DNA of 64,000 bases from Podarcis tiliguerta (Eukaryota), in the NCBI GenBank assembly GCA_965153285.1, contig OZ229111.1; one strand, given 5' to 3'. This document shows positions 1 through 13,300 of the stretch, piece after piece (within the stretch, counting starts at the first letter, position 1; every line of letters starts with the position of its first letter). The position numbers were made by a program, and so were the translations under genes. Under the pieces are notes generated by a model. The model was not told the DNA's origin, made no database searches, and was given only the letters and a program-made list of their open reading frames with translations.

Positions 1-52
1 AGAATGCATTTAGTTTAGTAACATAAGGAGCAATTTCTACTACTAAAATATA

Positions 53-296
53 CGGTGGTACCTCTGGGTGCGAACGGGATCCATTCCAGAGCCCAGTTTG
101 CATCCAGAAGCGAACGCAACCCATGTGCGCGGATCATAATTTGCTGCTTCTGCGCATGAGCGTTACGTAATTTTGACCGTCTGCGCATGTGCGAGCGGCG
201 AAACCTGGAAGTAACGCGCTCCGTTACTTCTGGGTCGCCGCAGCACGCAACCCGAAAATACTTATCCCGAAGCTACTTCAACCCGAGGTATGACTG
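53..296. mobile_element. Tc1/mariner (Tigger/pogo-like) MITE
   Basis: Imperfect TIRs CGGTGGTACCTC...GAGGTATGACTG flanked by TA on both sides; related to the copy at 15216-15415. Confidence 0.85.
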
Positions 297-948
297 TACT
301 GCCACTTATATAATCAATAAGCAATGGGTACAAGTTCTGTAAATCCACAGTAGTGACCATCCTCTGCTTGGTGTGAGAGGGAATAATTTAGCACTATTCA
401 ACGCTCATATGAATGTGCCTGGGGGCAGTGATCATAATTGGGCTCACCCAAGCACATTTGATAACATGTCTGGAAATAATTGCCATATGTAGGCTCTTCC
501 CATGTGATTCGAGGACTCTGCCTGTTTGACAGATATATAAATTGTGCAGACACGGCCTAAACACAGTTTTATCTCCCCATAGATTTTCCAGACATTACAT
601 TTAATGCACGTAGTGGTTAGTTAGGGCTGCCTTCCCTCTTCTGTACACCTTCAGACAAATGTCTGATTAGTGCTTATGCAACTGTTTCCTGGGCAGCTAG
701 AAAACGCTCCCAGAAACTTTGGGGGATTTCATTTGGGGATCACTGTCTTGACCACTGGGTTGTATGAAGTGACAGAAAATTCAGGAAGGGACTTCTGACC
801 AAGGAAGATTATAAACCAAACCAAACTCTGCGCTAATTGATTTGTTATCCTATCCTATTTCTGTTCAATCTACACACAGTTTTTATTCTAATTGTTTTCA
901 CCAAAAGGCAGCACTAAGTTATCTTGAAAGCTTAACAGCTGAGGTTAC

Positions 949-1428
949 CTTGCATGTTACTAAGGGGGAATGTTCCGGTGAAGAAAAAGGGCTGAAATGT
1001 TGGGACAGGTCCAGCACAGGAACCATTTGGTGGCTGTGTTTCAGGCTGTTTAGCTGCAACAGGGGAAGAGAGCGTCCTGTTTGGAGGAAGAGGCATCTGG
1101 TGACCGTGACCATTTTGGACTGCAGGCTCTGGGGATTCCGCTGCCATTGCCCTTGTCATGTCCCCATTGGACCCCAGAGGGGAAAGCTTTTCATGTTGCA
1201 ACATGGTAGTGCCAGGTGCCTGAACTTGAGGTAAAGAAATGGGGCAGTCTTCATTGTGCTGTTCTAAGGAAGGGGAAAGTCTTCCATTCAAAGAGGAAGC
1301 AGAGGTGCTGGTAGTGCTGCTACTCATGGAGTTATACACATAAGGGAAAGGTGGGTTAGCCAAGTAATTGGGGATAATGGGCAAGGCGGAATCTTTCTTC
1401 TCATCCGGAAGCTCCTCAGCATCTTCCA
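949..1428 (-). CDS. ANKRD40: ANKRD40 coding exon 3 (Ser/Pro-rich linker; LPIIPNYLANPPFPYVY ... FQPFFFTGTFPLSNMQ)
   Basis: ttttgcag|TG acceptor and CAAG|GTAACC donor; 480 nt, phase 1/1; inside ORF 932..1477. Exons 4-5 are expected left of the window. Confidence 0.93.
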
Positions 1429-1508
1429 CTGCAAAATAAAGAAGAGCTGTAAATAAAGGCAATTTCCAACTAAACATACAGAGGTTTGGTGAGTAACCTG
1501 GTGGGGGA

Positions 1509-1540
<32 letters not shown>

Positions 1541-1959
1541 AACATAGCACTGCTAAGCTAGCTGTACATGTTAAAATTACAATGTGCACATAAAAATAAA
1601 TTAAGCATTTCTAACGCTATAATAAAATGCAATCATTTGACACTTCTATTATGAAGTTAGATATTAAATTAAATGTCACAAAAATTATCCCTGCACATCC
1701 CCACCTGGGATTAACGAGGGACTACATTTTTAACCAAGTCAAAGTTCAGCAATCAATTTTTGATGGTTACAGTCTTCCTTTTTCCAAATCAGTATCTGTA
1801 CACATCAATGCTGATTCTAGCGAAAGGATTAAAGGAGACTTAGGGGAGAAAGTTACAAGGGCAGGAAGATCATACTGTTTCATCTTCATTGAATCACTAT
1901 GGATTCCCTTTGGCACCAAAATATTCTAGACAGTTGTTAGTATCAACTGATCATTTTAC

Positions 1960-2108
1960 CTCCCAGCATCTTCCTAATTTCCCTCTTTGATGTTAACTGG
2001 GCTGGTGTTTCTTCTTTAACAGTCAGAGCGTCCTTATCAGCGCCAGCTTGTAGCAAGTACGATACCACTTGAGCATGGTTCCGTTTGCAGGCCCAATGCA
2101 AGCAAGTC
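1960..2108 (-). CDS. ANKRD40: ANKRD40 coding exon 2 (TCLHWACKRNHAQVVSYLLQAGADKDALTVKEETPAQLTSKREIRKMLG)
   Basis: tgcag|G acceptor and GGAG|GTAAAA donor; 149 nt; phase-compatible with exons 1 and 3; ankyrin motif TCLHWAC. Confidence 0.95.
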
Positions 2109-4730
2109 CTGCACAACGCAAATGTAACAGCTAAGTTTGGGGGGGGGGTGCAAACACACTACATTAAATAAAAATAAAAACTGATGTACTATATCCGTTG
2201 AAAAATAATGACAGCCTACCTTAAGCTGAGAAGTTTTGCTATTCTTACAGATTTTTTATATTTCTTATACATTCCTATAGTGACACCTACTGGCAGAATC
2301 CTTCCCTATTGCAAATCACAGTGCTTCAAAGTTCATTACAGTACTTCTAGTTTCACAGCTTTCACATGCAGTTCTCTAGCAGCAAGGCCAAAGAGATGAG
2401 CCCACACTTTAAACTTCCAATATCTGGGGCACACTTAAAAACAACAACAACTGGATTAAGATTTGAGGCACATTTCCCCTTCCTGGAAAAACAAACAAGC
2501 CCAAACCCATTTTTAGAAAGGATTTCACTGATTTAATGCAATTACCTAATTTACTTAAGTTGACAAGGTATAAATACAAAACATTTATTTCCTCCCCCTC
2601 CAAACAACATCTCAGTGTAGCAGCAAACTACTGCTTTGATAAAGGCAGTCTTGCATATACCCAAATCCACAGTCAAGCAATACCTTCGTAAACAGAATTC
2701 TCGTGTTCAAGTCTAGTGTATTTGGGGTGATTTGGATAAAAAGGCACAGAACTTTTTCCTTTTGTATGCCTGCAAACCTTGGGAGTTTCCCATAGTCTGC
2801 TGTTGTGTGCAGATGGCACCAGGGTGACTACAAAAGGATCCACACACACTAATTGACTATGCAAATATGAGGAATGGTGATAATTAAAGCTCCAGTGGGG
2901 CAGAGGAGACCTCCTCCTGCAACTCTGTATGGTTTATTACCCTGCCCCTTTCCAAACAATGTCCAGTGAGGGCAAGTAATTCTTCTGCACCTTTGAAGCA
3001 ACTGAAGCTGGACCATCCAATCAAGACTCAGGGTTTATCTACACGTCCTGCTGCAGGGCAAGGGGAAAACTGAACCCATGTCTAGAAAACCGCTTGGACC
3101 CATGCTTTCTAGGTACAGCACCAGCAGAAGTGTGGGCAAGCCTATAGTGATGTTGACCTTTTCAAGCATGGCCCGCCTACTATCCTGCAAAACTGCTATT
3201 TCTTTGTTTAGTGCATTTGTCTACCTTCTTTCTTCCAAGATGCTCAAGACAGCACACATCAGGTTATCCTATTTTTATCTTAAGAGCAACCCAATAAAGT
3301 AGGTTATGCTGAGTGTAAGACCATCCAGTGAGATGCCTAAGTGAGCAAGGATTTGATTCCAAGTCTCTATAATCTACCGGTAAATTCAACACTTTTTCCA
3401 GTTCAACAAATAGTGCCCAGTTATGCAAATAGTGCCAAAAAAGTATGCAGGCATAATTGAAAAGGACATAGATTTGCATATGATAACGTATATGCATTGA
3501 TGCAGGTTTAGAATAATTACTATAATTTAAAATACATACAATGCAGTCTAGATGAGACAACTACAATCAAGCGACCCATTTGTCTGATGTCCAGTTGTTG
3601 ATGGAGTAACGTCAAAGCTCTTGCCCTCCTTTATTCAGGTTCATCTTTAAACCAGACTTGGACTTGACAGCCCTTCAAACAGGGGGACACACCTTCAAAT
3701 AGAATCCTGTCCTCTCTAAAGCAGGACACATGGTCACCCTAGTTCATTACTACTTATTTTATCTCAGTGTGCTCTCAAGATTCTTTTTTAAATATTACTT
3801 CTGCTAGAAAAGGTCACAGATCATTACCAATAAAAACCATTTCCATTATAAAGCTATTCACTTTCAGAACCATATGGTTGATTTTGAGACTACTGTACTG
3901 CAGTATTAGACTTTGTTAAATGGTCAACGAAGTCATATAAATCTAACCAATGTTAAATTTTCTGTATTTTCTAACATATTTAGTATACAATACTGATTTT
4001 GAGATTGCCAATAGTTTACTGTACATTCCTGTACTATAATTCTCTGGGTATAGGATGGTGTATTAATTAATAACAATTAATTTATAACTACATTAATATT
4101 GTTAGTTTTTTTCTCTCCAGTGTGCAGTTATCTATCATTGTATCATTCTGACAAAGTTTTGCTATATTCTTCTACTCTGAACAAATCTCAAAACAATTTT
4201 GTGCCACATGCAAATCTCACTAATTCACTCCTTCCCTTTCCAAGGCAACTTCATGTCACACCAAAATCACAATGCATTTCCATAAGACCAACCAACAAGA
4301 GTAGAAGAAAAGAAAGCACAGTGGCCATACATTCAATTTATATTACAAAAAAATGATAACTTTTACTTTATGAGAACTTTTAGAAATATAAGAATATAAT
4401 TGCTAAAATGTGAGATTCACCTCACAAAAGCCAACAAAAGAGAAAGGCACTTGTGATCTAACAAGCAGACAAACAGATCTCTTCAGTGTGATGTAGACAC
4501 TGCTAACAAGATTAAAATAAACTTTTGAACACAATAAAACATAACAGCAAATGCATTGTCTGACCCTCCTTTTAGGAATTTTAGAATGGATGAATAGCAA
4601 GAAGAAAAAGACTTTTAAAATATCACTCCAAACTCCGTAACCAAGTCTACCACACACCGCTCTCTGAAAATGCCAATACGTATGGTATTGCCCAAAAGCT
4701 GCCGATGCAATTCACTTGCTAAATGCTCAC

Positions 4731-4864
4731 CAGCCGTTGATTTCGTTTTGAGAGTTCACACTGACGCCACATTCCACCAATCGCTGAACTTCTTCAACAT
4801 CCCCCAAAGCAGCGGCTTCTCTCAGTCGCTCCTGAAGTTCTTTTTCCTCTGCTGCAGAACTCAT
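4731..4864 (-). CDS. ANKRD40: ANKRD40 coding exon 1 (MSSAAEEKELQERLREAAALGDVEEVQRLVECGVSVNSQNEING-W)
   Basis: ATG at 4864-4862; 134 nt ending TG|GTGAGC; translation matches the ANKRD40 N-terminal ankyrin repeat (ERLREAAALGD...NSQNEINGW). Confidence 0.95.
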
Positions 4865-4869
4865 GTTAC

Positions 4870-5480
4870 AAAATTATCTTTGCAGTAAAACTTTGGGATT
4901 GTCGAATGGAGCCGCCTACTGCGAACGACGGATCATCTTATAAAACTAGTCCATCAGAGGCAGGAAGAATCCGATCCGTCCTGAAAGAAAAGTCTCACGC
5001 CTTAGTCCTTTTTCATCTTAAACTCATATGCGGCTGTTTCCTACCTATGGCTCATAAATCAAACAGTTTCACATTTCTGAAGGCCATTTTTCCCTAATTG
5101 CATAGTCTAGAGCGGATACGGCTTCCTCCTTCTCGCAGGGGGACTCTATTAAGTGCGACAACAATGACCTAGATATTTAGTTCCTACCAACAGTCCGGCA
5201 CGCCAACATTCACGCGCTCCTGCAATCTTGCAGAACACTTTCATTTTCCCCCCATTTGCTCATACGGGTTGCTATTTAAAATATAAGCAGTCTTTCTCGC
5301 GATCACTACTTTATACCACAACCTATCCCAACTCCAGATCTCTCTGCATTTTATTGCTTGTGCTTCCACTGAAAAGGATCGTCAGTTTCCCTGCCTTCCC
5401 CAGATTCCTAGCGCGATGTACGCTGCAAACAAATCTGTTAACACTACTGATCCAAACGTCCTAAAACAGCGAGCCAGTTC
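4870..5480 (-). promoter_or_regulatory. ANKRD40 promoter / 5' UTR region (weak CpG island)
   Basis: CpG retained despite AT-rich context directly upstream of the ATG; TCTCGCGA (BANP/M8-type core) at 5295-5302; ETS-like CTTCC/GGAAG cores. Confidence 0.55.
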
Positions 5481-6479
5481 CTTGCAAAACAGGAAGGTAT
5501 GAGGCGTCAAGAGATGATGCTGGAGCCCAGAAAAAAAACTGTAGCAGTTCTAAACGGATGCAGAACAGGCTACAGCGGTAAATCTAAAATAGCTAAATAC
5601 AATGTAGAGCAGCCCTTTTGAAATACAGTATTGGACTTGGTAAATTTATGTCTCCCGAGTAATCTGCCAATGCTGTCCCCAGTTTTATTACAATGTGCAC
5701 ATTTTGTAATATATAATTAAGGTTTCTTAGAGTCCATGTTGCAGATTGCTTCTTAAAATGGGACAGGAGAGTGCTTGCTGTCTGAATTATGATGGCCAGA
5801 CACACAGGGCAGCAGTTTCTCAGTTGGGGCCTTATAGCCATGGAATGCTCTCCTAAGGGAAAACCACTCAAGTCCATCACTACTGGCCCGTCCCATTACT
5901 TAACATATTTTAGTGCAGTAGGACCGAATCACTATTTTGACAGTTTGTAGGGGATTCTGCCAGAGGTGCACTTTCCCTATTTTGGTTGTGTTTTTTTAAT
6001 GATTCGATATTGTTTAAGGTGCCTAGTAGTCTTTTTAAAAAAGAAAGGTGGGGCATAAATATATTAATAAAATATGGGGAAATAAATAATATAAACAAAA
6101 CTTTAGTGCCAGGTTCCTTCTAGCAGTAAAACAAATGCGCACCATTGTTTTGCAGGATAATTAATGGATAAGATTTTGTGTTCTGTTTTTGTTTTAATGA
6201 TACTGTTTTTGCACTGAACACTGTACTGTGATTGCATAATAAAAGTTCACATTGATTGATCCAGAAGCAAACACTTGCCCAGATCTAACAGTCATTTTCA
6301 ACTAAAATAAAATGGTTAAAATGTTTAAAACCCTGGGAATACTAAGAAATTTACTTGGAATGGGTGGGATTCTCCATGAAAAAAATCTGTGTGTTTTTTC
6401 ACAGGTACGTTATAAAAAAAGGACACCCTTTTTTATAACGGGCTGCTCTAGTCAGGAGTAACTGTCAGCTTGCACCTTC

Positions 6480-7350
6480 GCAATGCAAGAGGAAAAGAAG
6501 GCTGCGCAGCTGCACCTCCCACGACTCCCTCCCCCGCGCCCCAGGCGAGACCCGCGCGCAGGCGAGCACTAGGCCTGGGCCACAAGACCCTGGGCGGTTG
6601 CGCGAGATCTGCGCGGTGCATTGTGGGGGACGCCCTGGGCTTGAGGGTGCCGCCATTTTGTCTCTGTCACTCTCGTCAGCGGCGCGGTTTGGGTGTTATT
6701 GAAAGAGGGGGGGCGGGCGGAGGCGGGAAGGAAAGAAAGCGCTGGAGGCCGCGGCGGAGAGGCCGGACTTGACGAGCGGGGCATCATGATTTCGGCCGCC
6801 CAGCTTCTGGACGAGCTTATGGGCCGGGACAGGAACCTGGCCCCGGATGAAAAGCGCAGCAACGTGCGGTGGGACCACGATAGCGTGAGTATGGCCGAGA
6901 CGCGGCCTCCTCCTCCTCTATCGCCGGCCCTCGCTTGGTCAAGGCCCTTTTGCGCGCGCTTTGGGGGGCGGAGGTAAAGTGGAGGGGAGAGAAGATGGGC
7001 CAGTTAGCAGGGCGAGGAACAGGTTTACCTGGCGGAGGTCCTAAAATGGGGAGGAGGAGGAGCCGCTCCGCTATTAACTGCTAGAATAGCTTGCAGGCAA
7101 AGAGGTGAGGGCACCTTAAGGCCCTGCGCAGCGGGTAGCGGGCGCGATGGGCGGGGAGCCTCGAAAAGCCTTTGCGGGAGGAAAACGCGGTTGCGTTTCG
7201 CGGCCTTGGGGGTTGAAGGACAAACAAGGAAACGTTGTACCCCCGTTATGTTCACGCTGAGGATTTGTGGTTGAAGCGAACAAGAGCTAAACCTCTGGAT
7301 CTGGGGCGTCTGCCTTTGGGGGGGGGCGCACGGAGAGGGAGATTTGAAGC
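6480..7350. promoter_or_regulatory. CpG island / LUC7L3 promoter with ZNF143 (SBS) and YY1 motifs
   Basis: GC- and CpG-dense; minus-strand CCCCCACAATGCACCGC at 6613-6629 (SBS-like); GCCGCCATTTTG at 6649-6660 (YY1) near the expected TSS. Confidence 0.85.
6786..6884 (+). CDS. LUC7L3: LUC7L3 exon 1 coding part (MISAAQLLDELMGRDRNLAPDEKRSNVRWDHDS)
   Basis: ATG in gcatcATGa context within a CpG island; donor AGC|GTGAGT; characteristic Luc7 N-terminus. Confidence 0.97.
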
Positions 7351-10300
7351 CTTTGGGGAGGGCGAGACACCCACTGCTCTAATAAAGGGCCTACCGATCC
7401 TGTAGTTTCAACTCTTCTTTAAGGTGTGATGCTTTTAAGATCGCTTGTTCCACCGCCTTCTAATACGAAGCACAGCTGCCTACGAGAGAGTGTTAACAAC
7501 CGGAAAGCATTGCAGTACTACTATCTGGCGAAGTGAATAAGGCTGCAAAATACAGGCACAGCTGAAAACTAAAACATGCGGGGGACCGAAATACACTCGA
7601 GCATTGATCTGGCCAAAGGTCTGCAAAAACACAAATTTATTTAAAGTATTGTGCGAGGGGTTGGAGATATGCAACACCTGGGGCAGGATGTTCTAATGTC
7701 TGAGTGCTGCAGTCAAAGGTCCTGCCACCTGTTCCCACCAACTGTGCTTCAGATGAGGGCCACACATGGGCAAGAATATCAGCACTTGACTTAGTAACTG
7801 ACTGTATTTTAGGAGAGGAACTGGCCCTTTAGGTATCCTGGTTGCACATAGTATAATGGTAATGGTAGTTGTATCTGGGAAATGACTGACACCTAGTGAT
7901 ACACAGGAAGAGGTAATATGATTCCCACATCTTCCCCACTCAGAAATCAAAGCGCTGCATTTTGTACCAGCCGAAGTTTTCGGACTGTTGTTCAAAGCCC
8001 CACAAACTCTAATTGCCCAGCCTGAATGTAGCTAAACCATTTGTGGTTTTAGCCAGGTCTACCTTATCCACAAACAGTGCTGTGATTACACCAGCCAAAA
8101 CCAAGCAACCCCACTGTTGGCCACCACCACATCTTAGAATCAGAAGCAATACTCCTAAAATTAAAATTTTGCTTTTCTAAAGAATGTGAGACAATTCCTG
8201 CAGACTTTGCAGGAATTAGGGATTTGTGATCATTGCGTTTCTCCAGAGGCTTTGCTTCTTAACTCATGACAGCAGTGAACATTCATTTACATTGAATTTA
8301 TTTACATTGAATTTCCCCCCTTAACAGCCAACACAGTTTTTGCTATCTCTACACATAAAGAGCTGTTGATTTCATAATGTCAAGAAGCATTTTGCTCCTC
8401 TGTTATGGCATTGTCTTAGGAAACTCTGGGCAGGCTGCCTAAAATGTGTTGAAGTCACACTCCTTCTGAAGGAGCAGGTACCTAACTTGAGGGTGTTTCT
8501 GGATCCATTACTATCACTTGAGGCTCAAGTGGCCTTGATGGCTTTGAGCAATGGCTCAGCTGCATCACCTTTTGGACAGGAACAACCTAACTTTTGGTGT
8601 CTAAGCTCTGATGATCTAAGTTGGACTACTGCAATGTGTTATACAGGCAACTCCCCACGTCGGCAGAACATGTGTACTGTAAGCCCACCCCGTTCAGCCC
8701 CCTTTCAGGGCCACAGTGTGCATGTCGGCGATCACACACCTATCAAACACATGCAAAATGGTTGTTGTCTGTACATTGAAGATGGTTCTGCAACTGGTGC
8801 AGAATTTAGAGGCCAGATTGTTGACTGGGATAGAACTGTCTGAACATATAACTGATTTTGGCATGACTGCACTGACTATCAGTTTCTGGACTCAATTCAG
8901 AGTGCTGGTTTTGACCTTTAAAGCCATATGTAGTTGAGGACCACAGTACCTCAAGAACCACTGCTCCCCTGAAGCCCTCAGTCATCATATGAGACCCTTC
9001 GTTGTGTGCCCCCCTCCACAGGATATTTGGAGGGTGTAGTATGCTCTTCCCCGAGATGCACGCCTGGCATCATTTTTATCTTATTTTTAGGCTCCAGGCA
9101 AATACCTTTCTCTTTACCTTGCCTCTGTTTCCTTAATTTGAAAGGTGGCATTGTGGCCTCTTTTAGTGGGGTGGGATCAGTAACTCATCATCCGTTGTAT
9201 CTGTTTAGCTGTATTTTTAGATTGTTGTTGGATGTTCTTAATTGGTTTTAATGTAAGTTGCTAAGGGTCGCTCTTTGAGAAAAGCAACTCACTGATATAA
9301 CCAATATATAAATTGAATAACCTCTGTGCAGTTGGGAAAACGTTTCTGATTTCCACGTGCTAGAACCTAGTGTTTAGGAAATTTCTAGAGAAATGTACCA
9401 ATATCTTCCTCAAATATCGGCACTACACATGGGCAATCTGTCATCTGCAGACATTGTTTCACTGGCCCCTGTTTATAGAAGCTGTTTAAAGATGGCACAA
9501 AAAAAGTGTTCCTTGATTCCCCCCCCCCCCCCAAGAAGTCAAATAGTGGCTCACATAGTATATACGTTTCTTTAACAATATATTGAAAAAGTGTTATTTC
9601 CTGCTCACTTACAGAGCAATCCATTACCTGTCTACTCTGCAGTAAGTCTCACTAAGTTCACTGGTGTGAGCAGAGCAAACCTAGCCAGACAGATACACCA
9701 GGATAGTTACCGTATTTTTTGCACCATAACACTCACTTTTTTCCTCCTAAAAAGTAAGGGGAAATGTCTGTGCGTGTTATGGAGGGAATGCCTACGGGTG
9801 GCATGCCTACGGATTTCCCTCCTCTAAAAACTACGTGTGTGTTATGGTCGGGTGGGTGTTATAGAGCAAAAAATACGGTAAGCTGCAGCCTATCAGATCT
9901 AGGCTGGAGGTGGGGCAAGGTTGGAGGACAGTGTAGACATTCATTTTCTGCCTTTCCATTGGCTCCTGTGTGATGAATTTTAGTTGCACCTATATTTTGG
10001 TGGCATGCTGTGGAGGCGGAACCAGTGAATGAAAGGATTTAATATGCAGTGTAAATCTGTTGATCCCTCTCATTGTCCCTGACATACACTCTTTTTGCCC
10101 GTTACGCCAACATAACTTCCACTGGCTTATTTTATGCCAAGATGAGTCATTTGCTCAGTTTAAGTCCAGGATAGGGTAATATTCCACATCCTAATTTCTC
10201 TCAGATGGTGCATTTAGGAGTTAGGATTGCATTGCTGTCTACTGAGGAACATAGGAAGCTGCCTTATACTGAGTCAGACCATTGTCTACACTGACTTGCA

Positions 10301-13300
10301 GTGACTGTCCCTGATTTCAAAACTGAATTCAGCCTCACCTAGAAGGGCTGGGAATTGAACCTGGAACCTCTATGCAAAGAAGATGTTCTGCCCCTGAGCT
10401 ACGTTACTGTAGGATTGCAGCCTCAGGTGCTTCCATACATGGTTTAAATGAGAAGAACTGAGATCAAGTTGCTAGTTTCTTTCATTTTTATGACACCAGA
10501 ATCCCAAAATATAGCATCTTGTGTTTGGGTGTAGACAATTCCAGTAACTGGTATTCAGTAGCATCACTGCCTCTGACTCTGGAGGCAGAGCATAGTCATC
10601 AACAGCTCTTGACTGAAATTCTTGAACAGTGTATTGTATAGGTTTTTACTTAATTTACTTGCTAGCCATAGGAAACCAGGAATTGATGCAGGTAGGTGAA
10701 AAGTTGTTGGAGAAAGGACAGATTGTGCTATTCCTCTTCTGACAGCCCTCTAAAAGGGCTTGAAGAAATGAGTCAGTACTCATCCATACTGTAAAGCTTA
10801 CCTAGATGGTTTGTGCTTAGGATATTTTAAATGCAGCCAAAATTAGCACTGGTGAGTAAGGTTGGTTTAAAAAGAAAGAGATAGATAGATAGATAGATAG
10901 AGAAAGAAAGGAAGAAAGAAAGAAAGAAAGAGAGAGAGAGAATTGGAACTGGAACAAGAGCAAATTACTTAATTCTCTTACAGCTTTGTGTCTGTCTAAA
11001 TTTGATGTGTAAGGAAAGTAACTTAAGTTTCTTCTTCTCAATCAGGTTTGTAAATATTACCTTTGTGGGTTTTGTCCAGCTGAATTATTCACAAATACCC
11101 GTTCTGACTTAGGTAAGTGCCTTTGGTTTTTTTCCTTATAGCAAATGTCAAGGTCATGGATAGAAGCTGCTGTGAATAAATATTTTCTTTGTTTACCTCC
11201 TATATGTATGTATGGATGGAGACAGACAGACACACACACACACACACACTGTCACAAAATCATCTCATTAAGATGACTAAAAATCTTAGATTTGCATAAG
11301 TTCAGAGCCATTAATGTGAAATTTCCAGAAAATTTTGTTTTAGAAAGTTTTCCAAAAGAAATTCATATGCTGTTTAGGGTAATTTGCCTTGGAACATTTT
11401 CTGGTGCTCTAGAGAGTGATGTAATTGGTATCTTTACTTTATTTGAAATTAGTAAATAGAGCAAAAGAAAACTGCAAAGCTTACCTAATGTTCTCTACAT
11501 TCATTGCAGTTGGGATCTGTTCATTGTTTCTAATGAGCTTATAAAACAGAAAATTTTCAAAAGAAAAATGAAGCCCTGGGGAGGAGGGGAACATTTTCAA
11601 TTACTGGAAAATGTTCTGCCTCACATTCCTATTCATAGCAGATTGGGTTACATTCTAGGGACCCCATGTGCATAAGCGAAAATCATGTAAGTGGGGAGCC
11701 CCCTCTAAAAAGCCTATAAAAACTCGTTTTTTCCTGCTCTCCAGTTCTATCCACACAACTCTCTTCAACTAGAATCAAAGCTCGGGGGCTAGCTGAAGGA
11801 TGCATGGAAAAGCAGTAGCAGCTCCTTAAGAGCTCTGAGGACTCTCTAGCTCTCCTGCCATTTCCCAGTTTGAATCTATAGTATCTGTCTATTTTCTGGT
11901 GGCACCTGTATACACAGCTGTGTGAGAGTCAATTGCGCTTAAGTGGATGGGCGCCTGTATATGGCTTCTGTCAAAGAATCAAAATGCAAACTTCCAGGTT
12001 CTTGCAAAAACCCTTTAGCAATAGTTTCCCTATCTTTCCATCATTTATGGCTTTACTCCATAGCTAACTATATACTGTCAGCTTTAGTGCTGTCATGCTC
12101 TAGTTCACATTTCAGATCCTACGGCAGTGTTCCTAAGACTTCCACTAGCGTTATGATTTTTAATGTGGATCGTACCAAAATTGTACCAGGACAATATCAC
12201 AGATATTCATGGGTGTGTATTTTAAAGATGTGCCACCAACAAGGTTTGGAATTGTTGTAGCATTCTAAATTGATAGGTAAGATCTCTTCAGTACATTCTG
12301 TTTCTGGAACTCTTTGCCTCGACAATCGTGGGCTTCTGTATTCCAGAGGTTCATAACCAGTTTTTATTAGCTCAGTAAATGTTGCAGGGGTGTGAACCGC
12401 TTGTTCTTGTGCTGTCACTGATTCCATTCAAACTTTGAAAAACAAATATGTAGCCAAGTACACTTGAATCTTCATAGAAATATATTGCTTCACTTTCCTT
12501 AGGCTTGCAAATCTGTACCCTACCTCACCCCATTTTGTCTCTGAGCAAATGACTCTTGATTTTAAACCTTAGCCCTGCTCTTGTGTGTCGGTGGAATATT
12601 GATCAGGTTACAGTCATTCTGGTACTATGCCAGCCTAATGGCAATACGCTAGAAAGTCATTTAGAACTGTTAGTACTGTTGTGGAAAGGCACCCCAGTTT
12701 TAATCTTTACATTAGTGTGGTTAAAAACTGTTGAACTTTATCCAGGTCTTTGTTGGCAGAGTGTTATCAGAAAGTCATTTGGATGTATCATCATTATTGC
12801 TTTTATTTCTAGGTCCTTGTGAGAAAATTCATGATGAAAACCTCAGAAAACAGTGAGTGTGTTAGTAGTTATAATTAATAAGAAGCTAATAAATATAATT
12901 AAGCAATAACGCAAGCATTTAAATGAGGTTTAAAAAAATCCTCAGTTAAAATTTCACGAGGTGGATAGCGTATAGTCTTTTGTTGTTAGGTAATATGGAG
13001 ATGACCTTTATCTGAAGTTTAATGTAATCATTTCTTTTTTAACATTGTCAGGTATGAGAAGAGTTCTCGATTCATGAAAGTAGGCTATGAAAGAGACTTC
13101 CTTCGGTATTTACAGAGCTTGCTTGCAGAGGTGGAACGCCGAATTCGAAGAGGTCATGCACGTTTAGCATTGTCTCAGACTCAACAGGCTTCAGGTGTAA
13201 GTACAAAAGCAGAGGGCACGTTAAACATATATGATCTTTTGGGTGATATCCTTTTGCAGAACTGTTTACAGAACATATTTTCCTCTCTCCTTTGCACTTC

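Noticed and set aside
6693-6785. In-frame upstream extension of LUC7L3
   Set aside because: Non-ATG start in a GC-rich UTR where stops are rare; the known protein starts MISAAQ.
8277-8315. Short direct duplications (also ~15627-15665, ~18583-18605, ~34873-34910, ~49757-49780)
   Set aside because: Ordinary 12-17-bp slippage duplications with no evident functional context.
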